NCBI RefSeq assembly: GCF_006345805.1
Contig: NW_021824083.1
Span: 1-20,781 of the forward strand
Length of the DNA stretch: 20,781 bases
Direction: 5' to 3'
DNA from: Octopus sinensis
Lineage: Eukaryota
Below the pieces are notes generated by a model that had not been told where the DNA came from, made no database searches, and saw only the letters and a list, made by a program, of their open reading frames with translations. The first letter of the stretch is position 1; each line of letters begins with the position of its first letter. Below, piece by piece: positions 1 through 10,119 of this stretch. The translations under genes were made by a program, and so were the position numbers.

Positions 1-28
1 ATATATATATAATATATATATATATATT

Positions 29-63
<35 letters not shown>

Positions 64-91
64 ATTTATATATATTATATATATATATACT

Positions 92-139
<48 letters not shown>

Positions 140-168
140 TTATTTATTTATATATATAATATATATAT
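1..168. repeat. (TA)n microsatellite
   Basis: Near-pure TA dinucleotide run read directly from the sequence. Confidence 0.98.
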
Positions 169-514
169 GAACCAACTTCACGGCAGGAGGGGCAGATGAG
201 GGCAGCTGCATCGAACTCTCTCATGCACCAAATAGCAGTTGCTAGAAAGCCTCAATGAAGTGAAACCAAGAAAGTTATATATCCTCAAACCGGAAACTTG
301 GAAACTTGGTTCGCATGCTTCTTAGAGATGAGACTTTACTATAAGAAGCCATGCGCTGATTGTGCCGCTGGAACTAGGCATCTTGTGTTTGCTTAACGAT
401 AAGAAGTCATGGCGTGAGATGAAGTATAACAAAGAGTATCAGATCAAACACTGTAACTTTTCAAGGCAACGTTCTTACAGTTCCACCAATCTATCGGTAC
501 CAATACCACTACCA

Positions 515-818
515 GCGGAGGCACATGGCCTAGTGGTTAGAGCAACGAATTCGCGCTCGAGGGATCACGGGTTCGAATCTCATACCGGGTGATGTGTGTG
601 TTTATGAACCAAACACCTAAGCTCCAAGCGCCTCCGGTAGAAGGTAATGGCGAACTTGTGCTGACTTTTTCGCCACAACTTTCTCTCACTCTTTCTTCCT
701 GCATCCAGTAGCTCACCTGCGACGGACCGGCCTCCCGTCCAGGTGGGGAACCTATACGCCAAGGAAACCGGAAAACCGCCCCTTATGAGCCCGGCATGGC
801 TCGAGAAGGAACAAACAA
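515..818 (+). mobile_element. tRNA-derived SINE (family B here; resembles octopus tRNA-Arg OR-type SINEs)
   Basis: A box tggcctagtgg (526-536), B box gttcgaatc (571-579), (AAC)-like tail, and an exact 14-bp TSD caataccactacca at 501-514 and 819-832. Confidence 0.9.
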
Positions 819-1004
819 CAATACCACTACCACCAACATCATCATCCCCTAAGCTGCCACAGCAGCCGCCACTATGGTTATTATCAGCAACCCCTGGGTA
901 TTCCTGTTTCGAGTGTCAAAATTCTATGGCGTACAGATGGTCAAGATCAGTACGTACGTCCTGATTGGGATGCTAAGTTCATCTCAGTGTTACAAATTTA
1001 GAGC

Positions 1005-1125
1005 TGACTAGGGGATGGAGCAACATGAAAAGAGGTCTTCTGCTCAAGAAAGCAATCTACCACCGAGTGCGGCAATCGAAACCACAACTTTGCGATCTTG
1101 AATGCAACACCCTAATCACAAACCC
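1005..1125 (-). mobile_element. Diverged SINE fragment (family C)
   Basis: ggagcaacatgaaaagaggtcttctgctcaagaa...aatcgaaaccacaa...acaccctaatcac aligns with the 7176-7346 element (ggagcaacgagaaatgaagtgttttgctcaagaa...aatcgaaaccacaa...acaccctaaccac). Confidence 0.7.
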
Positions 1126-1174
1126 ACTCATTTTCAATCTATCGCAAAGGTACTTATCAATTCATCTCGAACTG

Positions 1175-1724
1175 AGGCGGCGAGCTGGCAGAAACGTTAG
1201 CACGCCGAGCGAAATGCGTAACCGTATTTCATCTGCCGTTACGTTCTGAGTTCATATTCCGCCGAGGTCGACTTTGCCTTTCATCCTTTCGGGGTCGATA
1301 AATTAAGTACCAGTTACGCACTGGGGTTGATATAATCAACTTAATACGTTTGTCTGTCCTTGTTTGTCCCCTCTGTGTTTAGCCCCTTGTGGGTAGTAAA
1401 GAAATAGGTATTTCGTCTGCCGTTACATTCTGAGTTCATATTCCGCCGAGATCGACTTTGCCTTTCATCCTTTCGGGGTCGATAATATAAGTACCAGTTA
1501 CGCACTGGGGTCGATGTGATCGACTTAATCCGTTTGTCTGTCCTTGTTTGCCCCCTCTATGTTTAACTCCTTGTGAGCAATAAAGAAATAAGAAACGTTT
1601 GCACGCCGGGCGGAATGCTTAGCGGTATTTCTTCTGCCGTTATGTTCTGAGTTCAAATTCCGTTTGTCGGTCCTTGTTTGTCCCCTCTGTGTTTAGCCCT
1701 TTGTGGGCAGTAAAACAAAAAAAA
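1175..1724 (+). mobile_element. SINE family A head-to-tail trimer (1175-1408, 1409-1590, internally deleted 1591-1724)
   Basis: Head aggcggcgagctggcagaaacgttag, B box gagttca(t/a)attcc, and tail ...gtgggtagtaaagaaata repeated. A 16-bp TSD with 2 mismatches (aattcatctcgaactg 1159-1174 / aattgatctcgaaccg 1725-1740) brackets the whole trimer. Confidence 0.9.
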
Positions 1725-1869
1725 AATTGATCTCGAACCGATAGACAATGTTGCCCTCGGCGTGATTTGAACTCGCCGCGTAGAGATCAGAACAGATAGC
1801 ACGAGTTGTTTTATGTGACACTAACTTTTTTTTTTTTCTCAAATCATCGTCTTACTTTATTTTTACAGC

Positions 1870-2230
1870 CGGCTGTCATTTCAGCTTCTGTTTCGTATTT
1901 GTTCGCTGAAGACATAAAACTCTTCTCCGTTTTGTTCGTGATTTGTAGTTATTTGCATTCGCTTCCCATCAATCTTTACAAGATAATTTTCTATTCATTC
2001 AGTAGATATTTTACAATAGTTTCTAACTTGAATGAGGGCTCGACCTCCTTTTTTGTTGCGATATATACATAATCATTTTGTCAAATTTTCAATGGTTGAT
2101 TCTAAATACTGCTATTATCCATCTTTGTTAGACTAACCTACAAGTTTTTTCTTTTTACCATCCTGTTGAGAATATTATAGCGAATGCTTGTAGACAGATT
2201 GAGTATTGAATTTTATTACCGTATCGTGTC
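1870..2230 (-). pseudogene. Highly decayed R4/Dong-like LINE fragment (post-RT region)
   Basis: Manual minus-strand translation gives LCIYRNKKGGRALIQVRNYCKISTE*IENYL, resembling the RLY.PR..GGRGL motif of RLE-clade LINEs. Multiple stops and frameshifts. Confidence 0.4.
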
Positions 2231-2240
2231 TCATTCAGTA

Positions 2241-3975
2241 CTTTCTTTATTACCCACTAGGGGCGACACAGAGGGGGACACCAAAAGACATGGGGACATA
2301 GAACATTATAATTAAAATTTATGAAAATGAATTGTTAAATGATAAAATGAAAGCGATACCAACGGCCCCATCCGTCAGCATCACTTACCTGTCCTTTGTT
2401 TTTCATAGTCACTTGAATGTTCTTTGCCAATACGAATAAATTCCATATCCATTCTTACTCCGAAATACTCATCCATATTTTCCACGAATTCATCGCTCAT
2501 TCTTATATCTTTCACCTCCCAATTCTCCCTTTCACACCTCACCATAAACTCATCTATGTTCTTCTTTTCAATCACAGCATACCTAGTCTCACCAACATCA
2601 TACCATTTATACTCTTCCATTAGACTTTTAACTTCTTTCTGTTCAGTCATAGTACAAATGTACGGCCTGATATCGATTTCAATCTCTTGTCTGTGTGTAT
2701 TCTTTTTTTTCTTTTGTTTTCTTGTTGGGGGGGAGCGGGTGGGTTCAATGTCTGCATGGATAGGGTGGGACTCAGAGGGCGTGGGTGGTTTTGGGGTGGA
2801 TTGGAGTTCCATATTATTTTCTTTTCCACGTATTCTTCTCTTCCTCTTATTTCCAGCTTCCTTCCATTTCTGTGTATTCTCTTCCTCTTCTACTGTCTCC
2901 TTCTCCTCTGGTTTCTGCTTCTCTCTCTGTGGTTCGGAATCATTTCTTTCCCTGGGGGAGGGCAGAAGGCTCTTATGTGACCCCTCAGGCCACACTTGTA
3001 ACAACGTGGAGCCCTGCCCTCCACCCACACTCTCATGATCACGTCTCCCAATCTGATGCTTTCCGCCAGGTCTACCAGTACCTCGGTCTCTGCCTGTACG
3101 TTCAGCTCCACTGTTACGCCTCTCCAGCCCTCGGACTTAACCGAGGCATGGAGAATATCCACTTCGTCCTCGTGGCCGCTGATCACAGCCGCCACAATCC
3201 ATTCTGCCTCCACGTGGTGGGCACTCCCTCCACCATTATTCGTGTAATCCTCCTGTTTAAATACGTAGGTAACAGTGTTACCTTTTTGACTTCACCGCCT
3301 TCGCCGCCATCTCCTCGCTGCAGATTCACTTTTAAAATGTACCACTACGGTTCCGTACTTGGATCCTCGAGTCAGAAAATTAATTTCCTCCTCAGTTCTT
3401 CGCAGGGCTTCCTCTATCCACTGCATGGTTACAACTTCTACCCTCTTCCTTTCGTTTGCGAACACCCTGTAAATAATGGTCCTCCTATCATACCATTCCT
3501 TTTCCTGGGTGTCGGGGCCAGTTCCACCTCACCGCTTTCCATTTTCATGTATTTCTGGTAACTTGGCAACTTGGCCAAGTCGACCCCTTTCTCTTCCGCC
3601 TTCTTGGTTACACCGGCATAGGTATAACTCAGCTTCTCTTCCAATTTCCTTGCTGCCATTTCTAGCTCCTTCTCAGACGTAGACAAGTCTGATAAAGACT
3701 CGAAAACTCCAGGCTTTTCTTCCATCAGCTTCATTGTAATTGCCTGTTCCAGTTCCTCATCTGTCGTGGACAAGTCTGTTAGAGACTCATAGTCCATTTC
3801 CTTCTGTCTGACAGACCGAAAACGGCCGCCAAAACAGAAAAAGTGTAACGCGCTGAACGAGCGAAACGCGAAACCGCGTCAACGCCGTTCAGAATTTCCA
3901 CAACAACAACAACGCTTTTTCTTCTTTTTTACCGAATTTTCAGCAGCCGAAAAAAACACAACCGACCAACCCTTT
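2241..3975 (-). mobile_element. ORF1(gag)-only non-LTR retro-element (HAL1-like, non-autonomous)
   Basis: CpG-rich 5' leader (3798-about 3975, 5' boundary approximate), one frameshifted gag-like ORF, about 90 nt of 3' UTR, then a tail (2241-2290) matching the SINE A tail including aataaa. No RT or endonuclease ORF, and no clear TSD. Confidence 0.7.
2381..3797 (-). pseudogene. Retrotransposon ORF1/gag-like nucleic-acid-binding protein, about 470 aa after repairing 4-5 single-base frameshifts
   Basis: ORFs 3438-3797, 2890-3213 and 2381-3028 join through intervening frames (EWYDRRTIIYRVF...KYGTVVVHFKSESAAR...VTLLPTYLNRRITRIMVEGVP). The CX2CX4HX4C knuckle CYKCGLRGHIRAFC lies at 2962-3003, followed by a charged low-complexity linker. 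Confidence 0.8.
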
Positions 3976-4041
3976 GTACACATAAAGTGTTAAGAATATT
4001 CCTTCCTAAATTTGTCTTTCTCTTCTATGATATATACATTA

Positions 4042-4428
4042 ATCGTGGAGGCGCAATGGCCCAGTGGTTAGGGCAGCGGACTCGCGGTCGTAGGATCGCG
4101 GTTTCGATTCCCAGACCGGGCGTTGTGAGTGTTTATTGAGCGAAAACACCTAAGTTCCACGAGGCTCCGGCAGGGGATGGTGGTGATCCCTGCTGTACTC
4201 TTTCACCACAACTTTCTCTCACTCTTACTTCCTGTTTCTGTTGTACCTGTATTTCAAAGGGCCGGCCTTGTCACTCTCAGTGTCACGCTGAATATCCCCG
4301 AGAACTACGTTAAGGGTACACGTGTCTGTGGAGTGCTCAGCCACTTACACGTTAATTTCACGAGCAGGCTCTTCCGTTGATTCGGATCAACCGGAACCCT
4401 CGTCGTCGTAACCGACGGAGTGCTTCCA
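4042..4428 (+). mobile_element. tRNA-derived SINE (family B head, different 3' tail)
   Basis: gtggaggcgcaatggcccagtggttagggcagcgg...gtttcgattccc head, and a 10-bp TSD atatacatta at 4032-4041 and 4429-4438. Confidence 0.9.
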
Positions 4429-4486
4429 ATATACATTATTCATTACTTCCCAAATGTTTGAATGCCTGCTTTTGTTATTCTTTGAT

Positions 4487-4560
4487 ATCTCTTTTACTTG
4501 TTTCAGTCATTTGACTGCGGCCTTGTTGGAACACCGCCTTTAGTCGAGAAAATCGACCCC
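4487..4560 (-). mobile_element. 5'-truncated SINE 3' tail fragment
   Basis: Minus strand reads ggggtcgattttctcgactaaaggcggtgttccaacaaggccgcagtcaaatgactgaaacaagtaaaagaga. I recall this as an abundant octopus SINE tail; only the ggggtcgat core is shared with other copies in this window. Confidence 0.55.
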
Positions 4561-4788
4561 ATGATGTTGTTCTTCTCACTACGTCAAGGCCGAAGTCTCG
4601 CATGCGTATAGCATTGCAGGAAAGATTGTGCTGCTGAAGAGATTGGCAATTCGTGTCAATCTCTTACACCTCTTCGCCCTCTTACTACATACATTCATAA
4701 GAAATTCGGCCATAGATGTGTGGGTGGGCAGCCTTGAATACTGAATAGTTAATTAAGAACTTGAACATTGTACTAGATAAAAATATAT

Positions 4789-4872
4789 CAGCGGGATTTG
4801 AACTAAAATACGTGGAAAACGTTCCTCTAAGCATTTTTGTCAAGTACAGTAACGTTTCTGCCAGTTCGTTGC
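4789..4872 (-). mobile_element. Old SINE family A head fragment
   Basis: Reverse complement gcaacgaactggcagaaacgttac...aaatgcttagagg...ttagttcaaatcccgctga matches the family A head. Confidence 0.65.
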
Positions 4873-5616
4873 TTTTAAAATCATATCACGATGCAAATCA
4901 CAAGCAGTTTTATACGCAAAATAATGTTTGAAGTAAAAATGAAATAAACAGTTCATATATTCATAACGAAAGATAATAAGTGCACATGCAAATTAGTCAG
5001 CAATACGAATTTTTTAATGGCTTTCCAGGAAGCAAAGCTTTACATCTGAATAGCGATACTAACGGCTTCTGGAATAAGCTGCCAAACGTATTGTAGAAGC
5101 AGCGATGACCTGGGGCACTGGCTTTTAGATAAAACGGGCTTATAAATGTAAAATATGCATGCGTTATATGTTTTTAATGTTCATTAAACTTATCAAAATT
5201 CCTTAATCGCATCATGAAAAATGCTTCTTTTTTTATCGTGTAAACTGTGCTGCTCGAAATAGCTGAATTATTAACACGTCAAGTATTTGTCGATAACTGA
5301 GTGGAATAACTGAAATGATGATTATTGTTATGGTAATCAGTATGTTTGGCTTAGTATAACGGAAAGAGAAGATTACTGGTTATGACATTGACCAAGAATA
5401 AAGGAGTAATGAAGAGCAAACGCGATAAATGATTCTTTCTTGTATAATGTCTTAGCGAACAGTCGGCCTTACCATCCGTTTATGAAAAGAATGAATAATT
5501 CAGTCTTCTTTTATGCAAAACTAGATATGTCGACACAGGTTCAAATCTTGGAACAGCTTAGAAAAAGAAAAAATATGTCTGACAATATTTTTAAAGGAAT
5601 AGATAGAGTGGTGGAT

Positions 5617-6218
5617 AAGGCGGCGAACTGGCAGAAACGTTAACACGCCGGGCGAAATGCATAGCAGTATTTTGTCTGCCGTTACGTTCTGAGTTCAAAT
5701 TCCACCGAAGTTGACTTTGCCTTTCATCCTTTCGAGGTCGATTAAATAAGTACCAGTTACAAACTGTGGTTGATATAATTGACTTAATCTGTTTCTCTGT
5801 CATTGTTTGTCCTCTCTGTGTTTAGCCCCTTGGGGGTAGTAAAGAAATAGGTATTTCGTCTGCCGTTACGTTCTGAGTTCAAATTCCGCCGAGGTCGACT
5901 TTACCTGTCATCCTTTCGGGGTCGATTAAATAAGTACCAGTTACACACTGGGGTCGATATAATTGACTTAATCTGTTTCTCTGTCATTGTTTGTCCTCTC
6001 TGTGTTTAGCCCCTTGTGGGTAGTAAAAAAATAGGTATTTCGTCAGCCGTTACGTTCTGAGTTCAAATTCCGCCGAGGTCGACTTTGCCTTTCATCCTTT
6101 CGGGGTCGATAAATTAAGTATCAGTTACGCACTGGGGTCGATATAGTCGACTTAATCCTTTGTCAGTCCTTGTTTGTCTCCTCTGTGTTTAGCCCCTTGT
6201 GGGTAGTAAAGAAATAGG
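5617..6218 (+). mobile_element. SINE family A trimer (5617-5851, 5852-6035, 6036-6218)
   Basis: One head, then ~184-bp units joined at aaatagg|tatttc. Only a weak possible TSD (agtggtggata 5607-5617 / agcggtagata 6222-6232). Confidence 0.92.
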
Positions 6219-6629
6219 TGCAGCGGTAGATATTTCGCTGTTTTCTACAATTAAAAAAAAAACCTTGTTTTGCGTAAATCTACCTTGAGGTCATTCATTT
6301 GGATTCCTGTTGCCATCGAGCGGTGCACGGGTGGCTTTAGAAAATACAACTTTAGGAAGCAGGATGTTATCATCAAGCAATTACAGTGTGGAAATTTAGG
6401 TGGAAACTCTGAGACAATGACTGTTTCAGATCTTACATTCAGATTTATTACCTAAACATGTGTGACAAACAGCGATGTTTAGGTCACCATAAGGTTTAAG
6501 TAATCTTTAGAAATGTCGTCCAATTTAGTAGAAGATTCTTGTAGATACGTTCCTACATTAATCTCGGGACAATGGAAAATAATACAAATTCACGTTTCTG
6601 TTCCTTTGGATTTCTATTACAGGCTTACT

Positions 6630-6720
6630 CCTGCCGAGGTCGACTCTGCCTGTCATCCTTTCGCGGTCAATAAAATAAGTACCAGTTGCACGCTGGGGGG
6701 CTGTGTTATCGGCTTAACCA
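6630..6720 (+). mobile_element. SINE family A central fragment
   Basis: gccgaggtcgactctgcctgtcatcctttcgcggtcaataaaataagtaccagttg matches the family A body. Confidence 0.75.
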
Positions 6721-6759
6721 CTGTTCTGAGCTTGCTGCCTTGTGCCAAAATTTGAAACG

Positions 6760-6900
6760 TCTATTATTATCATTATTATTATTGTTGTTGTTGATCTTCT
6801 TCATCCTTAATATTATAATTATTACTATAATTATTATTATTATTCTTACTATAAATATAATTCTTCTTCCTCTTCTACTTCTTTTTTCATCATTGTCTCT
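6760..6900. repeat. (ATT)n/(CTT)n microsatellite, probably the (AAT)n tail of the adjacent minus-strand LINE
   Basis: Degenerate trinucleotide run, seen directly. Confidence 0.85.
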
Positions 6901-6990
6901 TCATCACAGGTTTTGTTGGACGTACTCGGGATCTCGCATGCGAATCAGGCTTACAACATGCAGCCTATGTTACAATGCTATTCGTTCTTT

Positions 6991-7175
6991 TCAGTGATCT
7001 AATACTTTCCAGGTTTTTATACCAGCCGAGAGGAGGCACATATTTCTAAGAATTATACTGGGCACTCTATTCTAATTTCCTTTATATTCCTCTTGATGCA
7101 TTCTGACACTGTTCCCAAGGAACCAACAACTTCGTGCACTATCTTCTACTTCATTCTCCATAGCCGGTCTATTTC
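6991..7175 (-). pseudogene. Decayed C-terminus of an R4/Dong-type restriction-like endonuclease ORF
   Basis: Manual translation gives EIDRLWRMK*KIVHEVVGSLGTVSECIKRNIKEIRIECPV*...MCLLSAGIKTWKVLDH*, collinear with the C-terminus at 11830-12024 (EIEVTRMW...IPVIVGALG...ALLGTAHILRRTL). Confidence 0.65.
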
Positions 7176-7346
7176 GGGACGCCATTCCATTGCAGCGTTA
7201 CTCATTTTTGCCAGCTGAGTGGACTGGAGCAACGAGAAATGAAGTGTTTTGCTCAAGAACACAACGCGTCGCCCGGTCCAGGAATCGAAACCACAATCTT
7301 ACGCTCATGATGCTGACACCCTAACCACTAAGCCACGCCCCTCCAC
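7176..7346 (-). mobile_element. tRNA-derived SINE (family C), 3'-truncated
   Basis: Reverse complement gtggaggggcgtggcttagtggttaggg...gtttcgattcctggaccggg (A and B boxes), then gttgtgttcttgagcaaaacacttca. Confidence 0.85.
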
Positions 7347-7358
7347 ATATATGTATAA

Positions 7359-7392
<34 letters not shown>

Positions 7393-7460
7393 CTCTTTCT
7401 GTGTCTGTATATATATATATGAATATGAATAGACACACACATACGCACGCAAACACACAC
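7347..7460. repeat. Compound (TA)n/(GT)n/(CA)n microsatellite
   Basis: Seen directly; (GT)n at about 7364-7392. Confidence 0.9.
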
Positions 7461-7804
7461 TTATAATATGAATTCTTGACTTCTTAAAATTTATCATAGC
7501 TTCAAGGGTGTGTGTTATAATTACCAAATAGCAATTGAGACAAGCTAAAAATAGGAAGGTGTGTTAATTCAAGGATCAAGAATTTCTGTAGAGCTGACGT
7601 GCCATTAACATAAAAGAACATTCTTGAAGTCTGGAGATAAGAGTTCAGACAATAATGGAAAAGTGTTTACGGTTCAATAGTTGTCACGACAATTGTTCTC
7701 GTGTAGAACTGGAGGTTGTAATAAAGCAGAATTTTATATTGTATGGATTTACTATATTTTCATTTGTTTATCACTAATCTTTCTGAGTTGTTTCTTATAA
7801 GCTC

Positions 7805-7975
7805 ATGACTGTATGGTTAAGAAATCCAGTCTGCAACTATGTGACTTGCGGTTCAATCTCACTGCGCAGCCAGCAGGTTGTGGAAGGGTCTTTTTCTGGA
7901 GCTCCGGACAGACAAATGCCTTGTGCGTACGTCAAGCAGACAGAAAAATGTGGGAAGCATCGTTAATATGTATCC
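7805..7975 (+). mobile_element. Degenerate SINE family D copy
   Basis: gtatggttaagaa...ggttcaatctcactgcg...gccttgtg...gcagacagaaa is collinear with the minus-strand element at 8120-8430. Confidence 0.5.
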
Positions 7976-7980
7976 ATCCG

Positions 7981-8119
7981 AGGCGGGGAGCTGGCAGAAA
8001 GGTTAGCACGCTGGATGAAATGCTTAGCGGTATTCCGTCTGCAGCTACGTTCTGAGTTCAAATTCCGGCGAGGTCGACTTTGTCTCTCATCCTTTCGGGG
8101 TCAATAAATTAAGTACCAG
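7981..8119 (+). mobile_element. SINE family A, 3'-truncated monomer
   Basis: aggcggggagctggcagaaaggttag...gagttcaaattccggcgaggtcgac...taagtaccag. Confidence 0.85.
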
Positions 8120-8223
8120 ATAAATAAGATAAATTACGGGGACATAATCAGACCAGCACAGGTTGTTAAACTATGGTGGTGGCACAAACACAGATAACTA
8201 CACACGCAAACACACTTATATGC

Positions 8224-8267
<44 letters not shown>

Positions 8268-8430
8268 GACAGGCTTCTGTCAGTTTCTGTCTACCTAATC
8301 CACTCACAACACTTAGGTCGGCTCGAAGCTATACTAGAAGACACCTGCGGTAGGTGACACGTAGTGGGACTGAACCCGGGACCATGTAATTGGGAAGCAA
8401 GCTACTTACCATACAGCCACGCCTGCACCT
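8120..8430 (-). mobile_element. tRNA-derived SINE family D with internal (TA)n, 3'-truncated
   Basis: Reverse complement aggtgcaggcgtggctgtatggtaag...gggttcagtcccac (A and B boxes), with an internal TA run at about 8217-8263. Confidence 0.8.
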
Positions 8431-9333
8431 ATATATTCCTAAATCTTAATGAAGTCTAGCTTTCATAATTTGAATTATGGCGATTTATGTCTAGTTCTCG
8501 GAAATCTTTCTCCCATTGCATCAGAGACGTACTTTTGCCATAAATAGTACCTATAATGGTTTTTAGGAGCGCAACGTTCGCTAAAGCTACATAAACGTAA
8601 CAGAGCTATAAACCAGAGACCTTTAACGCTGAACATCCGTATGGCGGATACATTAGATAATTAGCTTTGGATACACCACTTCTATCAAATTGAGATGGAT
8701 GAACGCCTTCGTTATACGCCAGCTAACCAGAGACCAAACAACGGTAACAGCTAGAGATTGGAATTGTTAGCATGACTTCTTCGCCATCAGTCGAACATAA
8801 TTGTACCATGCAATTCTAAGTCGATCATTTGTGTCGTTCGCGTAACGTCCTCACGAAAGCAAGAAATATCTCATTTCTTTAAGTTTGTGTTATAATATTT
8901 CTATGTTCTTTCCATTTCTTGTTATGTAAGAAAGCTGCTTTCACACAAATTACATATTCGATTTTTTCACATATCCATTGCAGACCCTTTTGTGCTAATG
9001 CTACGTTGATCAGTTGTTTTATATTTTCTATCTGATATTTCGCTGAAGGATTTTATGCTATATTTCTTGAATATTTCAATTCTTCACAATTTATGACAGA
9101 ATATAGCTTGCGCCAGTCAAATATGCGATGTTGTTACTGCTTTCAGATTCTTTGATTTGCTATTCTTAGGTTTCTTCATAACTTTCTCTCCGCTTCTTTT
9201 AGCAAATTCCAACCTATAACTGGCATTACACATTAATATGTATTAAATCCGAATCGATGTCTGCATTTTTTTACAATTTCTTCCGCAGCATAATCACGTT
9301 ATTTTCCCTTTATATATCTTAAAAGAAGTTTCC

Positions 9334-9341
9334 TCCTCCTC

Positions 9342-9376
<35 letters not shown>

Positions 9377-9747
9377 GCTGCTGATGATGATGGTGATGAT
9401 GATGATGCCGCCGCCGCTGCTAACACTGCCACCAGCACTAGCACCACCACCACCACCACCATCATCACTACTGCTACCACCACCAACACCACCATTACTA
9501 CTACTACTACTGATGATGATGATGATGATGCCGCCGCTACTAACATCGCCACCAGCACCACCAGCAGCACCACCACCACCATCACTACTGCTACCACCAC
9601 CACCATTACTACTACTACTACTACTACTATACTACTACTACTACTGATGAAGATGATGATGATGATGATGCCGCCGCAACTACTGACGCCGCCACCAGCA
9701 CCACCATCACTACTATTACCACCACCACCACTACTACTACTGCTACA

Positions 9748-9781
<34 letters not shown>

Positions 9782-9830
9782 TTAGTAATGCTGTTATTGT
9801 TGCTGTCGTCATCATTTGTGTTTATTGTTG
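9334..9830. repeat. Compound trinucleotide microsatellite (CTA/TGA/GCC/CCA) with ~130-bp higher-order periodicity
   Basis: Blocks seen directly. The poly-M/P/L and poly-V ORFs here are by-products of the repeat. Confidence 0.92.
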
Positions 9831-10119
9831 GTACTATTGTTGTGGCTATCGTGTATTGTTATAATTATTTGTTATTCATATTTCGAGAAATACTTGCTGA
9901 AAGTTATTTGTTACAACGAAATTATTTAGATTTAATACGGAAGAAGAAAAAAAAATAAGTATGTTAATATTTTTGTGGTGAAAATGATCAAACACTATTT
10001 ACTATTCTGATTGATATCGCTGCCACGAATATTTCTGTTTCCAAAACTTTATAGAAAACTTCGAATGAAACACAGTAAAACTTGACGGGGTTGGTGGGGG
10101 TTATACACGTTTTGCAAGT

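Noticed and set aside
515-590. tRNA gene calls for the SINE heads (also at 4045, 7346 and 11171)
   Set aside because: The A and B boxes are present, but the cloverleaf stems are degenerate and the sequences continue into SINE bodies, most with TSDs.
1745-1800. Possible minus-strand SINE A-like B-box fragment (gagttcaaatcacgccgagggcaac)
   Set aside because: Only about 25 bp of similarity, too short to annotate.
2417-3561. Plus-strand ORFs of 204 and 258 aa (hydrophobic, F/S/L-rich)
   Set aside because: They are antisense shadows of the purine-rich gag-like ORF on the minus strand.
5440-5643. 67-aa ORF MYNVLANSRPYHPFMKRM...
   Set aside because: It runs into the SINE head. There is faint resemblance to R4-type N-termini (KRM...Q...), too weak to call either a host exon or a LINE relic.
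8450-9300. Possible very old R4-like RT relic on the minus strand (DWRKLYSVIN; PKNHYRYYLWQK)
   Set aside because: Only scattered motif-like peptides across broken frames. It needs a profile-HMM or TBLASTN hit to be supportable.
9319-9958. ORFs rich in poly-V, poly-P, poly-M and poly-L
   Set aside because: They are translations of trinucleotide microsatellite on both strands, with no splice or domain evidence.
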